Assembly: GCA_963815195.1 (NCBI GenBank)
Contig: CAWFGE010000004.1
Span: 1-64,000, forward strand
DNA length: 64,000 bases
Direction: 5' to 3'
Source of the DNA: an uncultured Planctomycetaceae bacterium
GTDB taxonomy: Bacteria; Planctomycetota; Planctomycetia; Planctomycetales; Planctomycetaceae
Both the position numbers and the translations under genes were made by a program. Shown here piece after piece: positions 54,155 to 61,906 of the stretch (the first letter of the stretch is position 1; every line of letters begins with the position of its first letter). The notes under the pieces were generated by a model that did not search any database, had not been told where the DNA came from, and saw only the letters and a list, made by a program, of their open reading frames with translations.

Positions 54155-54955
54155 TTAGGGCACCGGCGTGAGTTCCAGTTTGCTGATCCGGTAGCGGGTG
54201 TTCCACGTCGCGATTTGCAGAGCGCCCGGCGGGCCGTTGGGCCAGCGGCGGTCGAGGCTCAGCCGATTCGGATCGCCCTGCCAATCGATCGCGACCTGGC
54301 CGTTGACCGTTGCGCGGACGGAATCCGGCCCCACCCTCAGCACGAGCGTATTCGGTCTTCCATTGACGAGAAACGGACCCCGCCGGCGGGATTCGTTGCG
54401 GTCGGCGGTGTTGCCTTCGATCAGGTTCAGCCCGCTGTAGACGCCGTTGTACCCGTCGAGGCAGACCATCACGTCCCGCCCGCCGATGCGTACGCCGAAG
54501 CTGAAGGAATCAATTCCCTGGAGGCGTTCGACGACGGCGGTGATCTGGTAACGCTCCGGCAGTTTGACGGGGACAATCAACTTCGCAGGCATATCGAGCG
54601 ACGAAACGAGGCCGCCGTTCTCGCGCGTCCACAAACCCGACAGCCGATGCCGGGCTGGGTCGATCTTTTGAAGCAAATCCATAGAACCACTGGCCGGGTT
54701 GGTATCCACCGAGTCCAGCCCCAACGGTTCCGCCAGCGGATTTTCCACCGGACCGCTTGCGGGGGACTTGGACAAGATCACCACCAACAGCACAATCGTC
54801 AACACCCCCAAGCCCGCCGGCACGCCGACGGCCGTCGCCGGGCGACTCCGCAATCCGAATGCCAAAAACCCGGCCCCGGCCATAGAAGACACCAAACCGA
54901 ACCAAACCAACCCATCCATCGAAAAAACCCTGCTGCCGACCTGAAAAATCCGCAA
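54155..54955 (-). CDS. Hypothetical membrane-anchored protein with a beta-sandwich domain
   Basis: Two N-terminal TM helices; MDLLQKIDP..GLW followed by a beta-rich region. Start uncertain. Confidence 0.65.
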   Translation of the reverse strand: MRIFQVGSRVFSMDGLVWFGLVSSMAGAGFLAFGLRSRPATAVGVPAGLGVLTIVLLVVILSKSPASGPVENPLAEPLGLDSVDTNPASGSMDLLQKIDPARHRLSGLWTRENGGLVSSLDMPAKLIVPVKLPERYQITAVVERLQGIDSFSFGVRIGGRDVMVCLDGYNGVYSGLNLIEGNTADRNESRRRGPFLVNGRPNTLVLRVGPDSVRATVNGQVAIDWQGDPNRLSLDRRWPNGPPGALQIATWNTRYRISKLELTPVP

Positions 54956-55061
54956 TCCGCGTAACCGATTCTATCAAATTCCCGAATTCCACAAGGGCGG
55001 GTTTCGAAAACCAGAAACATCAATCTCCATTGATGAATCGCGGCGTCTTCGTTAATTTGAA

Positions 55062-56765
55062 ATGAGTGAATCAAGATCGAAAATCCTATCCATTGGGAGC
55101 CGGCACGTGCGACATTGGGTTTTCTTGCGCTGGGGATTGGCGGGGCTGTTGGTGCAGGCGGCGGTGTCTCTTTCCGCCGCGAACGCCGAGGAACCGCTTT
55201 CCGCGCAGATCGACCGGTTGATCGCCGCGAAGTTGGGCGACGTTCCCGCAGGCAAGAAATCGAGCGATGCGGAATTCATGCGGCGGATTTCTCTGGACCT
55301 CATCGGCCGGATTCCCACCGCGGCCGAGACGCGAACGTTCCTCGCGGACACGTCACCGGACAAGCGCGACAAACTCATCGACCAACTGCTCGCCAGTCCC
55401 GAATATCCCCGGCACATGCAGGAGCAGTTTCACGTCCTCTTGATGGAACGCCGGGGCGAGAACGAAGAGTGGACGAAGTTTTTAAGGACTTCGTTCGAGG
55501 AAAACAAATCCTGGACCCAGATGGTGCAGGCGATGCTCGATCCGCCCGCCGACGATGAAAAGTGCCGCGGGGCGGCGTTTTTTTTGACCGCCCGGCTCAC
55601 CAAAGAGGGGGCGATGGCCGAGGTCGATGTGCCCGGCCTGACCCGCGACGTGGGGCGGCTGTTCGCGGGCGTTGACTGGCAATGCGCCCAATGCCATAAC
55701 CATCTCACGATCGACCACTACAAACAAAAGGATTTCCAAGGCCTGCATTTGTTCTTTACGAACATCACGCCGCGAAACGATGTAAAATTCCCCGCCGTCG
55801 GCGAAAAACTGCTCTCCCAGAAGCAGGATTTCATGTCGGTGTTCGATCAGGTGCCCTTGAAAACCGGCCCCGTCGTTCCCGGGCGCGGGGAGTTAAACAT
55901 TCCCACATTCGCGAAGGGCGAGGAATACCTCGAATCGCCCGACCGCAAAAAACGCACGCCGGGCGTGCCCAAGTTCAGCCCGCTCTCCCAACTCGCCGAG
56001 GGCCTGCCCGCCGCCGACAACGAACTCTTCTGCCGGCACTCCGCGAACCTGATGTGGTTCGTGATGATGGGCCACGGCCTTGTCAACCCGTTGGACTTGC
56101 ACCACCCCGACAACCCGCCGTCGCATCCCGAGCTTTTAGAGCTTCTCGCCAAGGAATGGGCCAAGGAGAACTTCGACTTCCAATGGATGTGGCGGACGCT
56201 TGCGCACACGGAAACCTATCAGCGAACGAGCATTCTGCCCGCTGGGCAACCCGCACCGCCTTTGGAGTCGTTCGCGTTGATGCGGGAAAAACATCTGACG
56301 GCGGAATCGCTGTTCTGGAGCGTGCTCGCCGCCACCGGCGAGTTGGACCGCTATCGCAGCCAGGAAAAATACCAAGGCAAAACGGCCGAGGAAATCGTGG
56401 CCGACGTCAAAGACCTCGAAACGCTCCGGGAGCTATTCCACAAAACTTTCGCCAACCCGCCCCAGGAACCCGAATATGAGTTCGCCCCCACGGTGAAGGC
56501 GGCTTTGTTTGTGCTCAACGACAAACGAGTGCTGAGACTCTTCGACCGCAAGGCAGGCAACTTGATCGATCGGCTCGCGAAACTCAGCGATGACGGGCAA
56601 GTCACCGAGGAATTGTTCCTGAGCATTCTGTCCCGAGAACCGACCGCCGCCGACCGCGCGGATGTCGCTCTCTACCTCAAAGAAAACAAAGACCGCCGCG
56701 ATGAAGCCCTCGGCCAGCTCGCCTGGGCACTCGTCGCCTCCACGGAATTTTGCGTGAATCATTAA
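55062..56765 (+). CDS. DUF1549/DUF1553 domain protein
   Basis: DAEFMRRISLDLIGRIPT, CAQCHNH, NPPSHPELL, LSILSREPT, EFCVNH. Confidence 0.9.
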   Translation: MSESRSKILSIGSRHVRHWVFLRWGLAGLLVQAAVSLSAANAEEPLSAQIDRLIAAKLGDVPAGKKSSDAEFMRRISLDLIGRIPTAAETRTFLADTSPDKRDKLIDQLLASPEYPRHMQEQFHVLLMERRGENEEWTKFLRTSFEENKSWTQMVQAMLDPPADDEKCRGAAFFLTARLTKEGAMAEVDVPGLTRDVGRLFAGVDWQCAQCHNHLTIDHYKQKDFQGLHLFFTNITPRNDVKFPAVGEKLLSQKQDFMSVFDQVPLKTGPVVPGRGELNIPTFAKGEEYLESPDRKKRTPGVPKFSPLSQLAEGLPAADNELFCRHSANLMWFVMMGHGLVNPLDLHHPDNPPSHPELLELLAKEWAKENFDFQWMWRTLAHTETYQRTSILPAGQPAPPLESFALMREKHLTAESLFWSVLAATGELDRYRSQEKYQGKTAEEIVADVKDLETLRELFHKTFANPPQEPEYEFAPTVKAALFVLNDKRVLRLFDRKAGNLIDRLAKLSDDGQVTEELFLSILSREPTAADRADVALYLKENKDRRDEALGQLAWALVASTEFCVNH

Positions 56766-56768
56766 CTC

Positions 56769-56840
56769 TGAGCGGCACGGCGCTAGCCGCCGGCACATAA
56801 AACCGGCGGCTCGCAACCCAGAGGGTACCCGGCCGCTCAC
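56769..56840. repeat. Paired REP-like element (inverted copy of 36113-36211)
   Basis: TGAGCGGCACGGCGCTAGCCGCCGG ... ACCGGCGGCTCGCAACCCAGAGGGTACCCGGCCGCTCAC. Confidence 0.8.
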
Positions 56841-56888
56841 AAAATCCAGTTTATGAGACGGTCCATAACGTCGGAGTAAAAGATTGTA

Positions 56889-58178
56889 ATGAAACAACAA
56901 ACTCACCGATGCCAGCCTTGGGAACACCAGATCTCCCGGCGGCGGATGTTGGGCGGACTGGCGGGAACGGCCGCCGGGCTGGGATTGGGGACGTTTCTCC
57001 AACCCGCCGTGGCCGAGCAATTGAAGTCCAAGGAAAAACAGGTGCTGCTGTTGTGGCTCGACGGCGGCATGAGCCAACTCGAATCCTGGGACCCGAAGCC
57101 CAACTCACAGTACGGCGGGCCGTTTCGCTCGATCTCGACTTCGCTGCCTGGCGTCCAAATCAGCGAACTCATGCCGAACGTCGCGAAGCGAATGCACCTC
57201 TTGTCCATCGTGCGCAGCATGCGGACGGAAGACCCGAACCACTCCTCGGGCATCGGCAAGATTCTCCGCGGGCATCCCAAAAACCGCGGCGTGGTGTATC
57301 CCTTTATCGGCTCGGCGGTCGCGAAACTGCTCGGTCCGTGTTCGAGCGGATTGCCGCCTTATATTTGGGTCAAGCCGGGCAGCGGCGGGTTTATCTCCAA
57401 GTACGCCGGCTTTCTGGGGGCGAAATATGGAGCGCTCGCCCTGGGCGACGGCAAACCGCCCGATAACATGCTCCGCCCCGAAGGCTTGAGCGACGCCGAC
57501 GATTTGGCCCGCAACCGCCTGCGGAAGTTGTTCAACGACCGCTACGCCGCCGAGCACCGGAAAGACAGCAGCGAAGCCCACGGCTATGTTTATGACGTGG
57601 CCCACAAGCTGATGGAGCGGACCGACCTGTTCGACGAATCCCGGCTCCCCGACTCCGACCGCGAGCGTTACGGCAAGCACGATCTGGGCCGGCATATGCT
57701 CTTGGGCCGCAGACTTTTGGAAGCGGGCGTGCGGTTTGTGAAAGTCACCTCCTACGGTTGGGACACGCATGGCGACAACTTCAACGCCCACGCCAGCCGC
57801 ATGCCCAAAGTCGATCAATCTCTTTCGGCCCTCTTGGACGATCTGAAGGACCGCGGGATGCTCGATCACGTGTTAATCATCGTGATGGCCGAGTTCGGAC
57901 GGACGCCGCGGATCAACGGTTCCGTCGGCCGCGACCACTGGCCGAACGCCTGGTCGCTGGCGACAGCGGGCACGGGCATCCGGCCGGGCGTGGTCGTCGG
58001 CGAAACCAACGCCCAAGGCACCGACATTGTTACCGAACCCCACGACATCGGAGCCATGTTCCACACCTGGTTCCGCGCCCTGGGCATCAATCCCGAAAAC
58101 ACCCAATACATGAACGGCACGCAGCCGCTGCCGATCGCGCACGATGAGATGAGCGCGGTTTCCGAGTTATTGGCGTGA
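56889..58178 (+). CDS. DUF1501 domain protein
   Basis: Tat SRRRML, GGMSQLESWDPKP, RRLLEAGVRFV, WDTH, EFGRTPRIN, GRDHWP. Confidence 0.93.
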   Translation: MKQQTHRCQPWEHQISRRRMLGGLAGTAAGLGLGTFLQPAVAEQLKSKEKQVLLLWLDGGMSQLESWDPKPNSQYGGPFRSISTSLPGVQISELMPNVAKRMHLLSIVRSMRTEDPNHSSGIGKILRGHPKNRGVVYPFIGSAVAKLLGPCSSGLPPYIWVKPGSGGFISKYAGFLGAKYGALALGDGKPPDNMLRPEGLSDADDLARNRLRKLFNDRYAAEHRKDSSEAHGYVYDVAHKLMERTDLFDESRLPDSDRERYGKHDLGRHMLLGRRLLEAGVRFVKVTSYGWDTHGDNFNAHASRMPKVDQSLSALLDDLKDRGMLDHVLIIVMAEFGRTPRINGSVGRDHWPNAWSLATAGTGIRPGVVVGETNAQGTDIVTEPHDIGAMFHTWFRALGINPENTQYMNGTQPLPIAHDEMSAVSELLA

Positions 58179-58232
58179 TCGCGAAGCCTGAGGGAAGGGG
58201 AGATCGGGAGAAGGAAGGATAATTGTCCCGTA

Positions 58233-58260
58233 AATTAGCCGCAGGGCGTTAGCCCCGGTT
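58233..58260. repeat. Solo REP arm
   Basis: ATTAGCCGCAGGGCGTTAGCCCCGGTT, related to the reverse complement of the arm at 61798-61877. Confidence 0.6.
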
Positions 58261-58314
58261 CGTCGGATAACTTTTCCAATTATATTCTTAGATCAAGATA
58301 CACTTCGACATTGG

Positions 58315-59394
58315 ATGAAGATCATGGCGAAAGCAAAAGAGAAACCGACCACGGAGCCGCGGGAATTGCGGGCGATCGAATTAGATCGGCAGGTTTACGG
58401 GGTGCGGTTCAGTCCGGATGGCCGGTTCCTGGCGGCGGGGGGTTATGATGCCCTCGTTCACCGCTGGAGTTGGGAAGGCGAGGAGCCGAAGGAGCTTCCC
58501 GCGCTTGCGGGGCACCGCGGATGGGTGACAGCGATCGCGTTCGCTTCCCAGACGAAGTTGCTCTTCACCGCCGACTCTTGGGGCGGCCTCATCGCCTGGC
58601 CTTTTGAGGAAGACAAGCCCCAACCTCGCTGGCAAAAAGAACAAGCCCACGATGGCTGGGTGCGGTCGATCGCCTTGAGCGCGGATGGTTCCAAACTTTT
58701 GACCTGCGGGCGCGACGGGCATCTTCGGTTGTGGTCCGTCGACGACGGCAAATCGATTCTCGAACTCGATCACGGCGAAGATGTGTTCGCCGTCGCCTTA
58801 CATCCCGACGGCAAAACCGCCGTCAGTGGGGATTTGCTCGGCAAGATCAAAGTCTGGGACCTGGAGACGGGAAAATCCACGCGGGAAATCGACGCTTCTT
58901 CGCTGCATTATTACCAGCGGGACGAGGATGTCGCGGGCATCCGCGTGTTGGAGTTTCACGAGGAAGGAAACACGCTCTTAGTCGCAGGCTCCGAACCGAC
59001 GAGCACCGGCCGGGGCTTGGGCATTCCCACCGTGCGTTTCTTCGACTGGAACACCGGCAAGCCTGAGGAGGCGTTCCATCAAGGCGATTCCAACGATGGG
59101 TTCGTGTTCGACCTCGCCCGGCATCCCGAAGGCTTTTTTATGACCGTCACCAGCGGCCAACCGGGACGCGGGCAGTTCGCCTTTCTCCGCCCGGGCGAAG
59201 AAAAACCGTTCTGGGTTTATAAGAAGCTCAGCAACTGCCATTCCCTAGCGCTGCACCCCGGCGGCCGGCACGTCGTCGTCTCCGCCACCAACCGCAACAA
59301 CCAAGGCAACGGGGCAGTCAAAGATAAAGAGGGCAAATATCTGGGGAACTATTCGCCGCTGCACGTCTTCGAGTTGCCGGAGAAGCTCGGCTAA
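58315..59394 (+). CDS. WD40 repeat protein
   Basis: GH...W repeats: FSPDGRFLA, GHRGWV, AHDGWVR, IKVWD. Confidence 0.88.
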   Translation: MKIMAKAKEKPTTEPRELRAIELDRQVYGVRFSPDGRFLAAGGYDALVHRWSWEGEEPKELPALAGHRGWVTAIAFASQTKLLFTADSWGGLIAWPFEEDKPQPRWQKEQAHDGWVRSIALSADGSKLLTCGRDGHLRLWSVDDGKSILELDHGEDVFAVALHPDGKTAVSGDLLGKIKVWDLETGKSTREIDASSLHYYQRDEDVAGIRVLEFHEEGNTLLVAGSEPTSTGRGLGIPTVRFFDWNTGKPEEAFHQGDSNDGFVFDLARHPEGFFMTVTSGQPGRGQFAFLRPGEEKPFWVYKKLSNCHSLALHPGGRHVVVSATNRNNQGNGAVKDKEGKYLGNYSPLHVFELPEKLG

Positions 59395-59397
59395 CCC

Positions 59398-59532
59398 AGG
59401 CGAGCGGGGGGCGTCAGCCCCCTGGTTTTGCGCGATTGCTCCCGTTCGCTGACGTTCCGATGAGCCTTGGAATGAGATCTGAAGCCTCGATTCGTTCAAA
59501 GTGACCAGGGGGCTAACGCCCTCCGCTCGCCT
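59398..59532. repeat. Paired REP-like element (GGCGAGCG family) between convergent genes
   Basis: AGGCGAGCGGGGGGCGTCAGCCCCCTGGT ... ACCAGGGGGCTAACGCCCTCCGCTCGCCT. Confidence 0.85.
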
Positions 59533-59906
59533 TATTCTTCTTCCTTGCCCGAGGCCGATTCGCTGCGTTTGCGGAGGAAGCGGCCGCCGCTTAAGAACAT
59601 GCCGTTGTCGCAGGGATGGCACCATTCGATGAGCACGCGGTACTCGAACTGGCGGGTTTCGCTGGCCATCCGCACGGTGACTTCGCCGGGCGTTAACGAG
59701 CCGCGGTGCAAGAGCCCGATCCCCAGCCGGCTGATTTCGCGGGTCATCGCGGAGATCGTGTTCCCGCGGCGGGTCGTGATTTCCGCGGGCACGGAGAGTT
59801 CCAACCGCTCGGCCTCGCGAACGTGCTCGCCGGGCGATTTTTCGATGCTTTCCAAGACCCGTTGCAGATCTTCCAACGTGGGACGGCTCCAGGGATCACC
59901 CGACAT
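59532..59906 (-). CDS. Single-domain PilZ protein
   Basis: RxxxR (REAER) and EISRLGIG, a variant of D/NxSxxG; C-terminal SGGRF. Confidence 0.78.
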   Translation of the reverse strand: MSGDPWSRPTLEDLQRVLESIEKSPGEHVREAERLELSVPAEITTRRGNTISAMTREISRLGIGLLHRGSLTPGEVTVRMASETRQFEYRVLIEWCHPCDNGMFLSGGRFLRKRSESASGKEEE

Positions 59907-60193
59907 AAGATGTTTCTCCAAAGCAGAGGGCGAACCGCGCAAAAATCTGGCGCGGGCAATGATCCAATCGACTTTAGAAAAACATAGCTCACGGTTTCCA
60001 AAAAACGAGGCGATTCCCGTTTTCGAACCGGGATTCCGCCTGGTTCGAGTTGGTTCTATTTTGCCGGATACTCACGCCCGGCGGACTCTCGGGATGAGTG
60101 GGGCTCTGGATATTTTTTCAGCAGAGGAGTATTGTGACACCAATTCCTTTTGATGCCGGTTTGTCTTCGCAGCCGTTGATTCGGAGAAAGCAT

Positions 60194-61330
60194 ATGAGTG
60201 ACCGCAATCAACAGGTTCCCGAAGAAGAGGACGATCTCAAAGGATTTACGACGGGCCGACGGCGGGCGTGCGAACGAGGACGGATCTTTGTGGCGATGCC
60301 GCTGAATGCAAACCATTCAAACGCACTTTGGGAATTGATCCAACATACATGCAGCATCCACCAGTTCTCCATTCATCGAGGGAACACTTCGCACCGTCCG
60401 AGCAGCATCACCGCCGCCATTATCGATGAAATCGAACGGGCGGAAATTGTGATCGCCGACCTCACGGCAAGGAACCCCAATGTGCTTTATGAACTCGGTT
60501 TGGCACACATGCTTTGCGACGCCTTGATCCTGGTGGCGCAACAGGGAGAGAAACTCCCCTTCGACCTGCAGGATTTCCGCTGCATTTTCTTCGACTTGAC
60601 TCAAAACCAGGGGCACATTGAATTCTCGACGGCGCTCGGAAATACTCTGGAATCGATTCGAGCGAATGCGCCGCCGATTGTGATTGACGATCCCATTCGT
60701 CGGACGCGAGAAATCATCGCGGATTTGGAGACATTGCTCCGTGGTTCAAAACGGCTCAAGGAGGAAAAAGTCTGGTACAGCGGGTTTCTCTCTTCGTTTG
60801 CGATCGGTCCGGGAGATGAATTTGACGGAGTGGAGGCCGAATATCAAAAAGCCTTGCTCGAGGAGAAAGAGGCTTTGTTGAAGCTCGCCCAAGAGGGGTG
60901 CCAGATGTATTGCATTATCAGCCCGCCCGCTCATGACCTGATTGTCGAACGCGCCCGGTTCGCGAATGCGAGAATCTCCCATCTGTTGAAATTCCTCGAA
61001 AGCGGCGATTCCGCGCTCGAGAATATTTATTGGGCCACGTCTCCCTTTCGTCAAAAGAACATGCACATTATCGGGAGAATCTCCTACTTCGAGGGATTTA
61101 GCAGGCCGCTTGAGCCGGGTTATGGCCTTACGTTGCGGCAATCCAGTCCGGACGCCATTGCCGCAAACATTTCCTTATACGAAACGTTATTCAAAACCCT
61201 GTCGGATCACACGAAAGCGAACTATCCCAGCGCAAAAGGGCACGATGAAAAAGCCTGGTTGCGGCAGGCAACGGTTCAGGCTCTCCGCCAGGCGTTGACC
61301 GCGTGTGATGAAGAAGAAGTCGGCGGGTAG
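60194..61330 (+). CDS. Nucleoside 2-deoxyribosyltransferase-like domain protein with an unassigned C-terminal domain
   Basis: IFVAMP, IIDEIERAEIVIADLTARNPNVLYELGLAH, LPFDL. Visibly lower GC than its neighbours. Confidence 0.78.
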   Translation: MSDRNQQVPEEEDDLKGFTTGRRRACERGRIFVAMPLNANHSNALWELIQHTCSIHQFSIHRGNTSHRPSSITAAIIDEIERAEIVIADLTARNPNVLYELGLAHMLCDALILVAQQGEKLPFDLQDFRCIFFDLTQNQGHIEFSTALGNTLESIRANAPPIVIDDPIRRTREIIADLETLLRGSKRLKEEKVWYSGFLSSFAIGPGDEFDGVEAEYQKALLEEKEALLKLAQEGCQMYCIISPPAHDLIVERARFANARISHLLKFLESGDSALENIYWATSPFRQKNMHIIGRISYFEGFSRPLEPGYGLTLRQSSPDAIAANISLYETLFKTLSDHTKANYPSAKGHDEKAWLRQATVQALRQALTACDEEEVGG

Positions 61331-61336
61331 CCCGGG

Positions 61337-61717
61337 CTATGGCGCGCCTTCGATGGGGTAGCCGGCTTCTTTCCAGCCGCGGAAGCCGCCGTCCATCGAA
61401 ATCACGTTGTCATAGCCCATCCGCTGGAGGTTTTCCGCCGCGAGAGCCGAGCGGTACCCGCCGCCGCAGTACAGGACGATGCCCGCATGGGGATCGGGGA
61501 TCGCGTTTTCGACGTCGCGCTCGATCACGCCTTTGCCCAGGTGCAGAGCGCCCGGCAGGTGCCCCTTGGCGTATTCGCTTTCCTCGCGGACATCGACCAG
61601 ATGAAACGATTCCCCCGCGTCGAGCCGCCGTTTCACATCCTCGACCACGCATTCGCGCACGTGCTGCTTGGCATCGCTGGCAATCTTTAAAAACCGCTCC
61701 GAGTGCTTCTTGCCCAT
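61337..61717 (-). CDS. Rhodanese-like sulfurtransferase
   Basis: LVDVREESEYAKGHLPGA, LYCGGGYRS, MDGGFRGW. Confidence 0.92.
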   Translation of the reverse strand: MGKKHSERFLKIASDAKQHVRECVVEDVKRRLDAGESFHLVDVREESEYAKGHLPGALHLGKGVIERDVENAIPDPHAGIVLYCGGGYRSALAAENLQRMGYDNVISMDGGFRGWKEAGYPIEGAP

Positions 61718-61761
61718 GCTGATTTCTCCTGTGTTGCCTCTGTCCAATAACTATCCAATTA

Positions 61762-61877
61762 TCAGCCGGAACGCGCTCGTGTCCGGTTCTTCCCAAGAAC
61801 CGGGGCGGTGCCCCCCTGCGGGCGGTGCCCCCCTGCGGGCGGTGCCCCCCTGCGGGCGGTGCCCCCCTGCGGCTAAT
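61762..61877. repeat. REP-like element whose right arm is tandemly amplified (17-bp GGGCGGTGCCCCCCTGC x4)
   Basis: TCAGCCGGAACGCGCTCGTGTCCGGTTCTT...AAGAACCGG, then period-17 copies at 61803-61870, then GGCTAAT. Confidence 0.85.
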
Positions 61878-61906
61878 AAATCGGACAATTATTGATCGAG
61901 CGATCC

